Origin: an uncultured Clostridiaceae bacterium
GTDB lineage: Bacteria > Bacillota > Clostridia > Ch29
Length of the DNA stretch: 64,000 nt
Reading direction: 5' to 3'
Assembly (NCBI GenBank): GCA_964508195.1
Contig: CAZDSH010000001.1
Span: 67,263 to 131,262 of the forward strand
Shown here: positions 10,041-19,735 of the stretch, in pieces
Numbering within the stretch: position 1 is the stretch's first letter
Layout: every line of letters starts with the position of its first letter
The notes under the pieces: model-generated
Databases searched by the model: none
Told to the model about the DNA's origin: nothing
Seen by the model: only the letters and a program-made list of their open reading frames with translations
Program-made: the position numbers and the translations under genes

Positions 10041-11282
10041 CTAATCGCGGAACCTTTTAAAACAGACACTTGCATTATGTCCGCCGAATCCTAAAGAGTT
10101 GGATACGGCGTATTCTATATCACATTTATTAGCCTTGTTAGGCGTATAATTTAAATCGCAATCGGAATCGGGTGTTTCATAATTCATTGTAGGCGGAATA
10201 ACGCCTTCGTTAAGGGCCAACACCGATGCAATAGCCTCTATACCCCCTGCTGCTCCTAACAAGTGTCCTGTAACGGACTTCGTGGAACTTATGGCCAAAT
10301 TATAGGCATGTTTGCCAAACACCTCTTTTATCGCTTCGGTTTCGGACTTATCGTTATACTTCGTAGATGTTCCGTGGGCATTTATATAGCCCACCATCTG
10401 CGGCTGTATTTTAGCATCGGCCAGAACATTTTTCATCGCAGCGGCAGCACCGACTCCACCGGGTACAGGGGCTGTTATATGGTGGGCATCGGCGGTCATA
10501 CCATAGCCTACAATCTCTGCATAAATATTAGCATCCCTTTTAAGGGCATGTTCAAGTTCCTCTAGTATTAGTATCCCCGCACCCTCCCCTATTACAAAGC
10601 CGTCCCGATCCCCATCGAAGGGCCTGCTGGCACTGCCTGGATCATTGTTCCGCGTTGACAGGGCCCGCATCGAACAAAAACCTGCTACGGCTATAGGGGT
10701 TATGGCGGCCTCCGTACCACCGGTAACGATCATATCGGCATCGCCCCGCTGTATTATTTTAAAGGCGTCCCCTATAGCATTAGTACCCGAGGCACAGGCC
10801 GTTACAACGGTTTCGTTAGGCCCCTTCGCCCCGATAGTTATTGCTATCCGCCCCGCGGCCATATTTGAAATCATCATGGGTATAAAGAAGGGACTTATCC
10901 TAGAGGGTCCCCGCTTTAAAAGTACCCCGAATTGTTTCTCTAAAGTCTCAATACCGCCGATACCCGAACCTAGGATCACCCCTAGCCTGCCCTGGTCAAC
11001 GTTATCCGGGTTTATACGACCGTCCTCTATGGCCATCCTCGTCCCGGCGACAGCGTATTGGGTAAACGTATCCATACGCCTCGCTTCTTTTTTATCCATG
11101 AAATCGCTAGGCTCAAACCCTTTGACCTCAGCGGCTATCGTACTGTCGAATCCCTTCGTATCAAATTTTGATATAGTATCTACTCCGGTTATGCCCTTAG
11201 TTATAGCATCCCAAAACGCATGTCTCCCAAGTCCGACGGGAGTTACCGCCCCTAATCCGGTAACCACTACTCGCTTTCCCAA
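10041..11282 (-). CDS. fabF: 3-oxoacyl-ACP synthase II
   Basis: 413-aa ketosynthase with the active-site Cys context (TACASG) and His/His motifs. Directly downstream of acpP. Confidence 0.9.
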   Translation of the reverse strand: MGKRVVVTGLGAVTPVGLGRHAFWDAITKGITGVDTISKFDTKGFDSTIAAEVKGFEPSDFMDKKEARRMDTFTQYAVAGTRMAIEDGRINPDNVDQGRLGVILGSGIGGIETLEKQFGVLLKRGPSRISPFFIPMMISNMAAGRIAITIGAKGPNETVVTACASGTNAIGDAFKIIQRGDADMIVTGGTEAAITPIAVAGFCSMRALSTRNNDPGSASRPFDGDRDGFVIGEGAGILILEELEHALKRDANIYAEIVGYGMTADAHHITAPVPGGVGAAAAMKNVLADAKIQPQMVGYINAHGTSTKYNDKSETEAIKEVFGKHAYNLAISSTKSVTGHLLGAAGGIEAIASVLALNEGVIPPTMNYETPDSDCDLNYTPNKANKCDIEYAVSNSLGFGGHNASVCFKRFRD

Positions 11283-11384
11283 TCCGGTGACCTCCCATCA
11301 ACCGTATTTTTAATATATGTTAACAGATCAATAAGATCCGCGCTATATCCTAGAAAGTCCCGATTTCAATCGGGACCCTCGGGT

Positions 11385-11612
11385 CTAGCTATTATTCTTT
11401 ATGTATTCTACAGCGTCCCCGATAGTGGTGATCTTCTCCGCATCCTCATCGGGAATCTCCAGATCGAATTCTTCTTCTAATGCCATAATAAGCTCAACAA
11501 GGTCTAAAGAATCCGCCCCTAAATCTTCAATAAACTGGGCATCGTTGACTACTTCTTCCTCGTCTACGCCTAACTGTTCCGATATTATCTCCTTAACCTT
11601 TTCAAGTATCAT
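11385..11612 (-). CDS. acpP: Acyl carrier protein
   Basis: 75-aa protein with the LGADSLD phosphopantetheine-attachment motif. Confidence 0.95.
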   Translation of the reverse strand: MILEKVKEIISEQLGVDEEEVVNDAQFIEDLGADSLDLVELIMALEEEFDLEIPDEDAEKITTIGDAVEYIKNNS

Positions 11613-11660
11613 CTTGTCACCTCCTCCTAAGCCCTCGTTATGAAATATATATTAAATATA

Positions 11661-12407
11661 TTACATAACAATTCCCCCGTCAACGGCAATTATTTCGCCT
11701 GTAATGTATGAAGCGAGATCGCTGCTTAAAAACGCCGCAAGCCAGGCTACGTCCTCGGGCGTACCCGCCCTTTTGAGGGCTATGGCCCTAAGCATATTCT
11801 CCCTTAAATCCCGGGGCAACTTATCGGTCATATCCGTTTGTATAAACCCCGGGGCTATTGCATTAACGGTGACTCCACGGCTACCAAGTTCCTTCGCCGC
11901 TGCCTTCGTAAAGCCTATTATCCCCGCCTTAGAAGCACAATAATTAGTCTGGCCGGCGTTTCCGGATATACCGACTACCGAGGATATGTTCACTATTCTT
12001 CCCCACCTTTGTTTTATCATAACCCTGGCCGCGGCTTTAGTACAATTGAATACTCCCTTAAGGTTCGTACTTATTACACTGTCCCAATCTTCTTCTTTCA
12101 TGCGTATGAGCAGCCCATCCCGGGTTATACCGGCACAGTTTACCAGTATGTCCAATGTGCCGAACCTCTCCACCGCAGCCTTTATAAGACCCTTTGTTTT
12201 GACTGCATCGGCAACATCGGCGGCTATTGATACCGCTATACCACCGCTTTCGTTTATCAGGTTAGCTGTTTCCTCCGCGGCCTTGGCGTTACTTGTATAG
12301 TTAACGACAACCTTCGCTCCAAGCTTTGCTAAGGTTATCGTTATAGCCCGACCGATACCCCTTGAACCACCGGTAACTACAGCGGTTTTCCCCTCTAGCT
12401 TAAACAT
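11661..12407 (-). CDS. fabG: 3-oxoacyl-ACP reductase
   Basis: SDR family: TGGSRGIG Rossmann motif and a YxxxK catalytic motif (YCASK). Confidence 0.9.
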   Translation of the reverse strand: MFKLEGKTAVVTGGSRGIGRAITITLAKLGAKVVVNYTSNAKAAEETANLINESGGIAVSIAADVADAVKTKGLIKAAVERFGTLDILVNCAGITRDGLLIRMKEEDWDSVISTNLKGVFNCTKAAARVMIKQRWGRIVNISSVVGISGNAGQTNYCASKAGIIGFTKAAAKELGSRGVTVNAIAPGFIQTDMTDKLPRDLRENMLRAIALKRAGTPEDVAWLAAFLSSDLASYITGEIIAVDGGIVM

Positions 12408-13345
12408 TTTACCCCCTCCAATACCCCCAGCGCATCCCGAAGGGTTTCTAAATTTTCGATGTTCATAACCTTTGCCCCCCTATGTATCTTTTTAATGAAA
12501 TTCGACAGCGTTTTACCCGGCCCGATTTCCACAAAGGTATCCGCTCCCAAGGCTATCATCCTTTTCACGCTTTCTTCCCATAGTACAGGGTTGCTCACTT
12601 GCTTTATGAGATTATGTTTTATATCATCGCTACAGGTTTCCTCCATGGCGGTTACATTCGCAATTACCGGTATTGAAGCATCTTTAACTATAATCCTTTC
12701 TAATTCTTTTTTAAGCTTGCCCTCAACGGGTTTTAAAAGGCTACAATGGAAAGGTGCGCTAACGGGCAATATTACGGCCCTTCTTGCCCCCATTTCCTTT
12801 GCAATGTCTACGGCCAATGCTACGGCTTTCTTTTCACCGGAGATAGCGACCTGACATGCACAGTTATAATTAGCCGGCTCCACTGTTCCCGCTATTGAAG
12901 CCTTGTAACAGCACTCTTCAACCTTTTCTTTATCAAGGCCTATGATCGCTGCCATTGTACCGGTGTCAAGGGGCACAGCCCTTTGCATATATCTGCCCCT
13001 TTTCTGTACTATTTTAACTGCATCATCAAAATCCATGGAACCTGCGGCGACCAGTGCTGAGTATTCGCCTAGGCTAAGTCCCGCTGCCATATCAGGTTTT
13101 ATTCCGTGTTTCTTAAGCTGCATAAGGATTGCTACGCTCAATGTAAGTATAGCCGGCTGCGTGATCTCCGTTTCCATCAGTTTTTCATCGGGGCCTTCGA
13201 ATATAATCTCTTTAAGACCAAACCCCAGGGCATCATCGGCCCTTTTAAATACCTTTTCCGACAGCGGCAAGTTTTCATACAATTCCTTACCCATACCTAT
13301 ATACTGTGCTCCTTGCCCCGGAAATATAAATGCAACTAGACCCAT
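12395..13345 (-). CDS. fabD: Malonyl-CoA:ACP transacylase
   Basis: GLSLGEYSA active-site GxSxG motif and an FPGQGAQ N-terminus. Confidence 0.9.
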   Translation of the reverse strand: MGLVAFIFPGQGAQYIGMGKELYENLPLSEKVFKRADDALGFGLKEIIFEGPDEKLMETEITQPAILTLSVAILMQLKKHGIKPDMAAGLSLGEYSALVAAGSMDFDDAVKIVQKRGRYMQRAVPLDTGTMAAIIGLDKEKVEECCYKASIAGTVEPANYNCACQVAISGEKKAVALAVDIAKEMGARRAVILPVSAPFHCSLLKPVEGKLKKELERIIVKDASIPVIANVTAMEETCSDDIKHNLIKQVSNPVLWEESVKRMIALGADTFVEIGPGKTLSNFIKKIHRGAKVMNIENLETLRDALGVLEGVKCLS

Positions 13346-14295
13346 AACTTCCTCCCTAAAATATTTCCCGAAATTTTTATAACTTCCTCCGCTTCCCTTA
13401 GGATATCTTCCATTATTTTATTTACAGGCTTTATATCCCCTATAAGCCCGGCAATTTGCCCGCTCATAACGGAACCGTCTTTAATGTTACCTTCCACCAC
13501 CGCTTCCCGTAACTTACCCGCTCCTAATCTTTCTAATTTTTCCGCCGGCGCACCCTGGGCCTCTAATTTTTCGAAGGCCCGGGTCAGCCTATTTCTAAGA
13601 CACCTTACAGGATGGCCCGTACTTTCGCCTGTTATTATTGCATCCCTGTCCCTGGCCTTTAAAAGAGCGTCTTTATAGTTTTGGTGTACAGTACACTCTG
13701 TCGAACATACAAATCGCGTACCCATCTGCACCCCCTCGGCACCTAGGGCTAGAATCGCAACTAACCCCCTGCCATCGGCTACACCGCCAGCACCTATAAC
13801 AGGAATGTCCACCGCATCCACTACCTGGGGCACAAGGCACATAGTGGTCAGTTTGCCTACATGTCCACCGGCTTCGGTGCCCTCGGCTATAAGGGCATCG
13901 GCACCGACTAATTCCATACGCTTTGCAAGGGCTACGCTGGGTACTACGGGAATGACCTTTGCACCCATAGCCTTTAAAGGTCCTATATATTTGCCGGGGT
14001 TCCCGGCACCGGTGGTCACAACCCTGATTTCATGCCTTATTATTACCTCTATGACCTCATCCACGAAGGGGGATAATAACATCACATTAACTCCAAAGGG
14101 CTTATCCGTAAGCTCTTTTGTTTTTAATATTTCATTTTCCACTACATCCCCGGGGGCATTCCCCGTGCCTATGATCCCGAGGCCTCCGGCCTCGGAAACC
14201 GCTGCTACAAGCCCAGCGGTAGCTATCCATGCCATACCCCCCTGAAGGATTGGACGCTCTATGCCCAATATTTCGCATATCCTAGTATGTATCAC
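13336..14295 (-). CDS. fabK: Enoyl-ACP reductase II (FMN-dependent, nitronate monooxygenase family)
   Basis: NPD/2-nitropropane dioxygenase-like TIM barrel (GGMAWIATAGL...GAGG), embedded in the fab operon. Confidence 0.8.
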   Translation of the reverse strand: MIHTRICEILGIERPILQGGMAWIATAGLVAAVSEAGGLGIIGTGNAPGDVVENEILKTKELTDKPFGVNVMLLSPFVDEVIEVIIRHEIRVVTTGAGNPGKYIGPLKAMGAKVIPVVPSVALAKRMELVGADALIAEGTEAGGHVGKLTTMCLVPQVVDAVDIPVIGAGGVADGRGLVAILALGAEGVQMGTRFVCSTECTVHQNYKDALLKARDRDAIITGESTGHPVRCLRNRLTRAFEKLEAQGAPAEKLERLGAGKLREAVVEGNIKDGSVMSGQIAGLIGDIKPVNKIMEDILREAEEVIKISGNILGRKLWV

Positions 14296-14322
14296 TTATA
14301 TCCCTCCCATTCCAAGCCTATA

Positions 14323-15321
14323 TCAGCGGTCCCAATTAATCGCACAGGAGCCCCAAGTAAGCCCTGCCCCGAAACCAACTAGCACTATATTGTCGCCACC
14401 CTTAATAAGCCCCCTCGTTCGTGCCTCATCCAAGGCCACGGGTATAGAGGCCGAGGACATGTTGCCATATTTATCCAAGTTAACGAATATCCTGTCGTTA
14501 TCTATTTTAAGCCTTTTAACGGCGGATTCCACTATTCGCCTATTTGCCTGATGGGGCACAATAAGATCAATATCTTTGAGGGTTAAACCGGCCTTTTTCA
14601 AAACGCCGAGGGTGGCCCTTGGCATAATGTTTACGGCAAATTTATAAACTTCGCCGCCATCCATATGTATGAAATGTTTGCCGGATTTAACGGTATCCAC
14701 GGTGGCGGGCATTCTGGAGCCGCCGGCGGGGAGCGTTAGAACTTCTCCCTTCCAACCCTCTGCACCTAAAAGGGAGGCGAGTATACCCGTACCTTTTTCA
14801 ACTTTACTTAGCACCGCGGCCCCTGCACCATCACCGAACAGGACGCAGGTGTTTCTATCCTCCCAATTGCATATCTTAGTAAGGGTTTCAGCTCCTATTA
14901 CCAGTACAATTTTTGCATCACCGGTGGAAATAAACTTTTCCCCCAGGGAAAGGCCGTATATAAACCCCGTACATGCGGCCTGTACATCAAAGGCGAAGGC
15001 ATTTCTAGCACCAAGGTTAGATTGGACTATACAGGCCGTCGACGGGAAAGCCATGTCCGGTGTTGCTGTAGCTACAATTATCCCATCTATCTCTTTTTCA
15101 GAAACCTCTGCATCGTTCATTGCCTTTAACGCCGCCGCCGTGGCTAAATCCGAAGTAGCAGTATTGGAATCGCTTATCCTTCGTTCTGAAATACCCGTGC
15201 GGCTCTTTATCCATTCATCGCTGGTATCTACCATTTTCTCCAAATCAAAATTTGTTAATATTTTTGTCGGTAAATGCCTACCTGTTCCAATTATGCCAAC
15301 GGATTCTACAGTTCTAATCAT
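14323..15321 (-). CDS. fabH: 3-oxoacyl-ACP synthase III
   Basis: FabH Cys context (AACTGF) and a C-terminal GFGAGLTWG motif. The ATG at 15321 follows a GGAGGA ribosome-binding site; the ORF-track start at 15348 lies inside that site. Confidence 0.9.
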   Translation of the reverse strand: MIRTVESVGIIGTGRHLPTKILTNFDLEKMVDTSDEWIKSRTGISERRISDSNTATSDLATAAALKAMNDAEVSEKEIDGIIVATATPDMAFPSTACIVQSNLGARNAFAFDVQAACTGFIYGLSLGEKFISTGDAKIVLVIGAETLTKICNWEDRNTCVLFGDGAGAAVLSKVEKGTGILASLLGAEGWKGEVLTLPAGGSRMPATVDTVKSGKHFIHMDGGEVYKFAVNIMPRATLGVLKKAGLTLKDIDLIVPHQANRRIVESAVKRLKIDNDRIFVNLDKYGNMSSASIPVALDEARTRGLIKGGDNIVLVGFGAGLTWGSCAINWDR

Positions 15322-16315
15322 CGTTATCCTCCAATTGTATATGGGCACTTATTTTTGATTCTATACCTTCATCTATAAACTTTATTGCTTGCATTATTGC
15401 ATTTTCTATAGCAAGGGCATCGGAACTGCCATGGGCCTTTATACAGCCGCCTTTTATACCGAGGAAGGGTGCACCGCCGTACTGTTTATAATCGAGGGTA
15501 TCTTTAATCCTAGTGAGCCCGGGTTTTAACATAAGGGCCGCCATCTTTGTAAGGGTATTTGCGGTAAACTCCTCTTTAAGCTGTGCAAACAACGACATTG
15601 CCAGACCTTCAGTAAGTTTTAATATAACATTACCGACAAAACCGTCACAAACTAACACGTCGGCTACCCCGCTTAGTGCGTCCCGGGCTTCTATATTGCC
15701 TATAAAATTAAGGGAAGACTTTTTAAGCAGCCTGTAGGCATCCTTTGTAAGAATATTTCCTTTGCTCTTTTCAATACCAATATTTATAAGGGCAACCTTA
15801 GGGGATTCTATATCCATTATGCCCTCCATATAGGCAGAACCCATGAACCCGAACTGTAAAAGATTTATCGGCTTACACTCAGCGTTGGCCCCTGCATCTA
15901 TAAGCATAACGCCACCGCCCTCTGTAGTGGGCAATATCGGGGCTAAGGCCGGGCGGTCTATACCTTTGATCCTACCTACGCGGAGCAAAGCCCCTGCCAG
16001 AAGGGCTCCCGTGTTACCCGCGGAAATAAAAGCATCGGCCTGCCCGTTCCTAACCTTTTGTAGGCCTACTACCATTGAGGAATCTTTTTTCTTTTTAATC
16101 GCCTCAACCGGCGCATCGTCCCCTTGGATTACTTCGTCTGTGTGTTGTATTTCTATTCTTTGGGTTTTATATCCTTTAAGAGCATCCTCAATATCCTCGC
16201 CCTTACCGAGGAGCAAAAGTTTTAGCCTTTCATTCCTATGCAGTGCCCCTACGCATCCTTTAACGATCTCCAAGGGTGCATTATCGCCACCCATAGCATC
16301 GACGGCTATTATCAT
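15314..16315 (-). CDS. plsX: Phosphate acyltransferase PlsX
   Basis: MIIAVDAMGGDNAP is the canonical PlsX N-terminus. Sits between fapR and fabH. Confidence 0.9.
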   Translation of the reverse strand: MIIAVDAMGGDNAPLEIVKGCVGALHRNERLKLLLLGKGEDIEDALKGYKTQRIEIQHTDEVIQGDDAPVEAIKKKKDSSMVVGLQKVRNGQADAFISAGNTGALLAGALLRVGRIKGIDRPALAPILPTTEGGGVMLIDAGANAECKPINLLQFGFMGSAYMEGIMDIESPKVALINIGIEKSKGNILTKDAYRLLKKSSLNFIGNIEARDALSGVADVLVCDGFVGNVILKLTEGLAMSLFAQLKEEFTANTLTKMAALMLKPGLTRIKDTLDYKQYGGAPFLGIKGGCIKAHGSSDALAIENAIMQAIKFIDEGIESKISAHIQLEDNDD

Positions 16316-16333
16316 TATAATATCCCTCCTACC

Positions 16334-16900
16334 CTACGCCTCTAGGGCTACTAGAATAAATTTACCCCGAAACATTTCCTGCATTTTGTGCTTAATTTTT
16401 ACCCATACAAAAAATTTGTTACCCCTTCTTCTTGTAACCTTTGCCTGGGCGATGAGTTTTTGGCCCGAACGTACCGGATGCTTATATTTTATGTTCGCCA
16501 CTCCTATAAGGGCGACATTTGCATCTATTACCGCTATTGCAAGGGATTCCGCTTGGGCATATATGAACTGTCCGCGGACTATATTAGTCTTTTCGAAGGC
16601 CATTGAACTATCGGTCTCCAACATAGATATGCCCCGTTCGCCGAGGTCCACGTCTAATAGCTCACCGACGATTTCTTTGCCGGATATAGTTCTGACCTTT
16701 GCGTATGTACCCTCCGCCACATTTTTTATCCTTTCACGGAGCTCCGGTATTCCAAGCTCCATCCTATCAAGTCTGATGGTATGTATGCTGACCTTAAAAT
16801 ACTCGCTTAACTCTTCGTCGGTTAAAAAGGGATCCTTTTTAATCTCTTCAGACAGGGCCCTTTGCCTTTCCTTTTTATTCTTGCCCCTATACCTTCCCAT
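16334..16900 (-). CDS. fapR: Fatty acid and phospholipid biosynthesis regulator FapR
   Basis: 188-aa protein with an N-terminal HTH and a C-terminal hotdog thioesterase-like fold. First gene of the fapR-plsX-fab operon. Confidence 0.85.
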   Translation of the reverse strand: MGRYRGKNKKERQRALSEEIKKDPFLTDEELSEYFKVSIHTIRLDRMELGIPELRERIKNVAEGTYAKVRTISGKEIVGELLDVDLGERGISMLETDSSMAFEKTNIVRGQFIYAQAESLAIAVIDANVALIGVANIKYKHPVRSGQKLIAQAKVTRRRGNKFFVWVKIKHKMQEMFRGKFILVALEA

Positions 16901-17132
16901 AAAAAACCCCTCCCTCTCCTATACGGTCCAACAGTACATTGATGGCCTTTATCCGGGGCTATCATTATGACTTGGGCATATCACCTGATACTAACATTAA
17001 GTATACATTATGTTTTTTATTAAATCAATGAAAATTTCCATAAAAAATCAAGGGACCCGCCATAGCCCTTGTTCCATTTGGGCTTAGGCGAACCCCTTTA
17101 TGCAGATAACTTCGTGTACATAACACAGAATC

Positions 17133-19214
17133 TTAACTACATATATATTCCCCGGCATCTATATATCCCCCTAGGAGGTTAAGGTATTCTTCCCCCTCTA
17201 GGGACAATCTGGTGCCCTTAGGTCCCCTGTGGATCACCACTAAACCGTATTGCGCCAATATACCTAACCTGTTTCGTATCATCTGTTCCGTCATCTTTAT
17301 CCGACCTTTACAACGCTGGGCGATACCCTTTCTGCTAAGGTAAACATCCCCCCTATCCTTTGCGTTTTTAAGTACCCCGAGGATCGTAGCCAACTCCTCC
17401 AGGGGCATTTCCCCCTCTATGGCCCTTATCACTTTCTCCCGGCGCATAAACCTATCCTTCGGCGCAAAGGGTAAATCCTTACTCCTTACAGGACCGTCGC
17501 CTACGATATGGTATAGATATTCGATTACGTTTTCCAATTCACGAATATTACCCGGCCAATCGTATTCCATAAATTCTTCCATAGCTTCCTCGCTTATTTC
17601 CATCGCCTCCCCCTTCGGAAACTTTTCGAGCATCTTTTCTATAAGTAGTGGTATATCTTCTTTATGTTCCCTTAGAGGCGGTATCCGTATAGGCAGCACC
17701 TTTAACCTATAGAACAGATCCTCCCTGAACTCTCCGGCACTGACAAGTTCTTCGAGGTTTTTGTTTGTAGCCGCGATGATCCTTACGTCGATGGGAATAA
17801 TTTTAGTGCCGCCGATGCGCAATACCTCTTTTTCCTGTAAGACCCTTAATAACCTTGCCTGTATTTTTAGGGAAGCATCCCCTATTTCATCGAGGAAAAT
17901 GGTTCCCTTATGGGCCTGCTCGAATAACCCCGCGTGTCCGCCCTTCCTCGCCCCGGTAAAGGCGCCTTCCTCGTAGCCAAAGAGTTCGCTTTCTAGAAGG
18001 TTTTCCGGGAGCGCTGCAAAACTCACCGCTACGAAGGGCCCGTATTGCTTGCCCGAGGCCTTGTGTATAGCATGGGCGAAAAGTTCCTTACCGATGCCGC
18101 TTTCGCCGAGTAAGAGCAAAGTGGAATTGCTCCTTGCCAATTTTCGCGCGATCTCCTTCGTTTCGACTATTTGTTTACTCTTGCCCACTATATTTGAAAA
18201 CCCATATTTAGAGGTATGGCCCCTTTTCATCAGATTCGCCCTTACTATATTCTCCATTTCAATTATTTCTGATAAGTCCTTAAATGTTATAATAACCCCG
18301 TTATTGACATCGTTTTTTATAATAGGCATCATCGTAAGGAGTATTTTTTTGCCCATTATTTCGTGTACTTTTCTATAAAGGCCGAAATTTTTACCCAAAA
18401 GGGCCTTCGCTTCAAAGTCCAATATATCGTCTAAATTTATTTCACCGACGTTTTTTTCGCCCTTTTCCGAAAACAACTTATTTGCATTCTCATTGCTAAA
18501 CATAACATTGCCGTCGCTGTCTATACCCACTATTCCGTCGTTTATGACGTTGAGTATTGTATGTAATTGTTTCATTATATTATCATTCGTTTCAAGGGCC
18601 TTTACCACTTTTTTGCCGGAATAAACGAAATCCTGTAAAAACCTGGCGGACAATAGGTTTGTCCTTTCATCGAGTATATCGAGCTTTATCATTATTTCGG
18701 TAATAGTAGTAAGATCTATTTTGCTAAAGCTTAAATCTATTATATTTTCCACATATTCGGGGACCATGTGGATCTCCCCCGTAGTTATTGCGTAATCCGC
18801 ATGTTGGGTAAACCTCTGCCCCGGGTAATAGGGATACATCCTTATATGGTTTATACCCAGCTCCTCAAGGAGGGATATGGAGTTTTCCGCAAGGTATTTA
18901 TTCACATCGACAAATAGCACGTCCTCCCCCTGGGGTATGCGGAGCACGTCTTCGAGTTTTGAATGGTTCAAAGATCTCCGGGCTACGAGTATTTCCGCCC
19001 GGGGGTCTATATATTTTAACGCTGTCTCTTTGAGGTATTCATGACATATAAGTACGAGGGTGTCGTAGATCTTTTCCTCGATACCCTCTAGGATAGAGTA
19101 TCCCTTTATCGCAACCTCGGGTCCTAAAAGATTAGTCAACTGGTTGATCACATTTTCTTTATGCTTTTCAGAACGGGTTATTATGGATAATCCAAATCGT
19201 GTAACATCTTGCAT
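17133..19214 (-). CDS. Sigma-54-dependent transcriptional activator (enhancer-binding protein): unknown N-terminal domain, PAS, AAA+, and an atypical C-terminal domain
   Basis: Central AAA+ sigma-54 interaction domain with Walker A (GESGIGKE), the GAFTGA motif (EGAFTGA) and a Walker B/arginine-finger region. PAS-like segment around residues 210-320 of the protein. The first roughly 200 residues are an unrecognised domain. The C-terminal roughly 110 residues lack the Fis-type HTH. Confidence 0.85.
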   Translation of the reverse strand: MQDVTRFGLSIITRSEKHKENVINQLTNLLGPEVAIKGYSILEGIEEKIYDTLVLICHEYLKETALKYIDPRAEILVARRSLNHSKLEDVLRIPQGEDVLFVDVNKYLAENSISLLEELGINHIRMYPYYPGQRFTQHADYAITTGEIHMVPEYVENIIDLSFSKIDLTTITEIMIKLDILDERTNLLSARFLQDFVYSGKKVVKALETNDNIMKQLHTILNVINDGIVGIDSDGNVMFSNENANKLFSEKGEKNVGEINLDDILDFEAKALLGKNFGLYRKVHEIMGKKILLTMMPIIKNDVNNGVIITFKDLSEIIEMENIVRANLMKRGHTSKYGFSNIVGKSKQIVETKEIARKLARSNSTLLLLGESGIGKELFAHAIHKASGKQYGPFVAVSFAALPENLLESELFGYEEGAFTGARKGGHAGLFEQAHKGTIFLDEIGDASLKIQARLLRVLQEKEVLRIGGTKIIPIDVRIIAATNKNLEELVSAGEFREDLFYRLKVLPIRIPPLREHKEDIPLLIEKMLEKFPKGEAMEISEEAMEEFMEYDWPGNIRELENVIEYLYHIVGDGPVRSKDLPFAPKDRFMRREKVIRAIEGEMPLEELATILGVLKNAKDRGDVYLSRKGIAQRCKGRIKMTEQMIRNRLGILAQYGLVVIHRGPKGTRLSLEGEEYLNLLGGYIDAGEYICS

Positions 19215-19471
19215 TTACTGTTTCACCTCCTTCCTTCTATATTATACCAGAGAGTTAACCGGTTTTAAAGGGTTTTAAAAAAATAACCTTTAAGACCCAA
19301 TAAAGCGTTCAGCCCCGTGGAAATTAACTCCATGAACCTTTGGTTTATTATACCCTATTTTACTTATACGACCTATTCTACGTATCCCTGTATGCCTAGG
19401 CCGTGTTTCCATAATGAATGTTTATAATCCATCCCCTTGAATGTTTCTCAAAAGTATCCCTATACATTAAT

Positions 19472-19487
19472 TGGCACGAGTATTGCA
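19472..19487 (+). promoter_or_regulatory. Sigma-54 (-24/-12) promoter TGGCACG-N4-TTGCA upstream of kamA
   Basis: TTGGCACGAGTATTGCA matches the RpoN consensus TGGCACG-N4-TTGCW exactly. It is divergent from, and adjacent to, the enhancer-binding protein gene. Confidence 0.75.
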
Positions 19488-19735
19488 CATTTACTAAGTT
19501 GCTGATCAGCAAACCTAAATAAGGTAAGGGATTCGTTAACGAAGGTTTAACGTTTTTATCGCTTTTTAAAAAAACTTTCCGTATTCTTAGGTCGCGGTAT
19601 AGCTTTGTTTAACCGATGCCCGGGGAGCCCGTTATTTCGGACTTTAACCTTTAATAATACGGAAATGAGCATAACATTGTAAATGCGTTATATATATAAA
19701 TAGTAGAATTTTTATCTAGATTAGGAGGTTAAAAG

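Noticed and set aside
19215-19471. Possible tRNA or sRNA gene in the large intergenic region upstream of kamA
   Set aside because: No cloverleaf-compatible sequence, no T-loop GTTCRANNC and no CCA context were seen. The region is better explained as divergent promoter and enhancer DNA.
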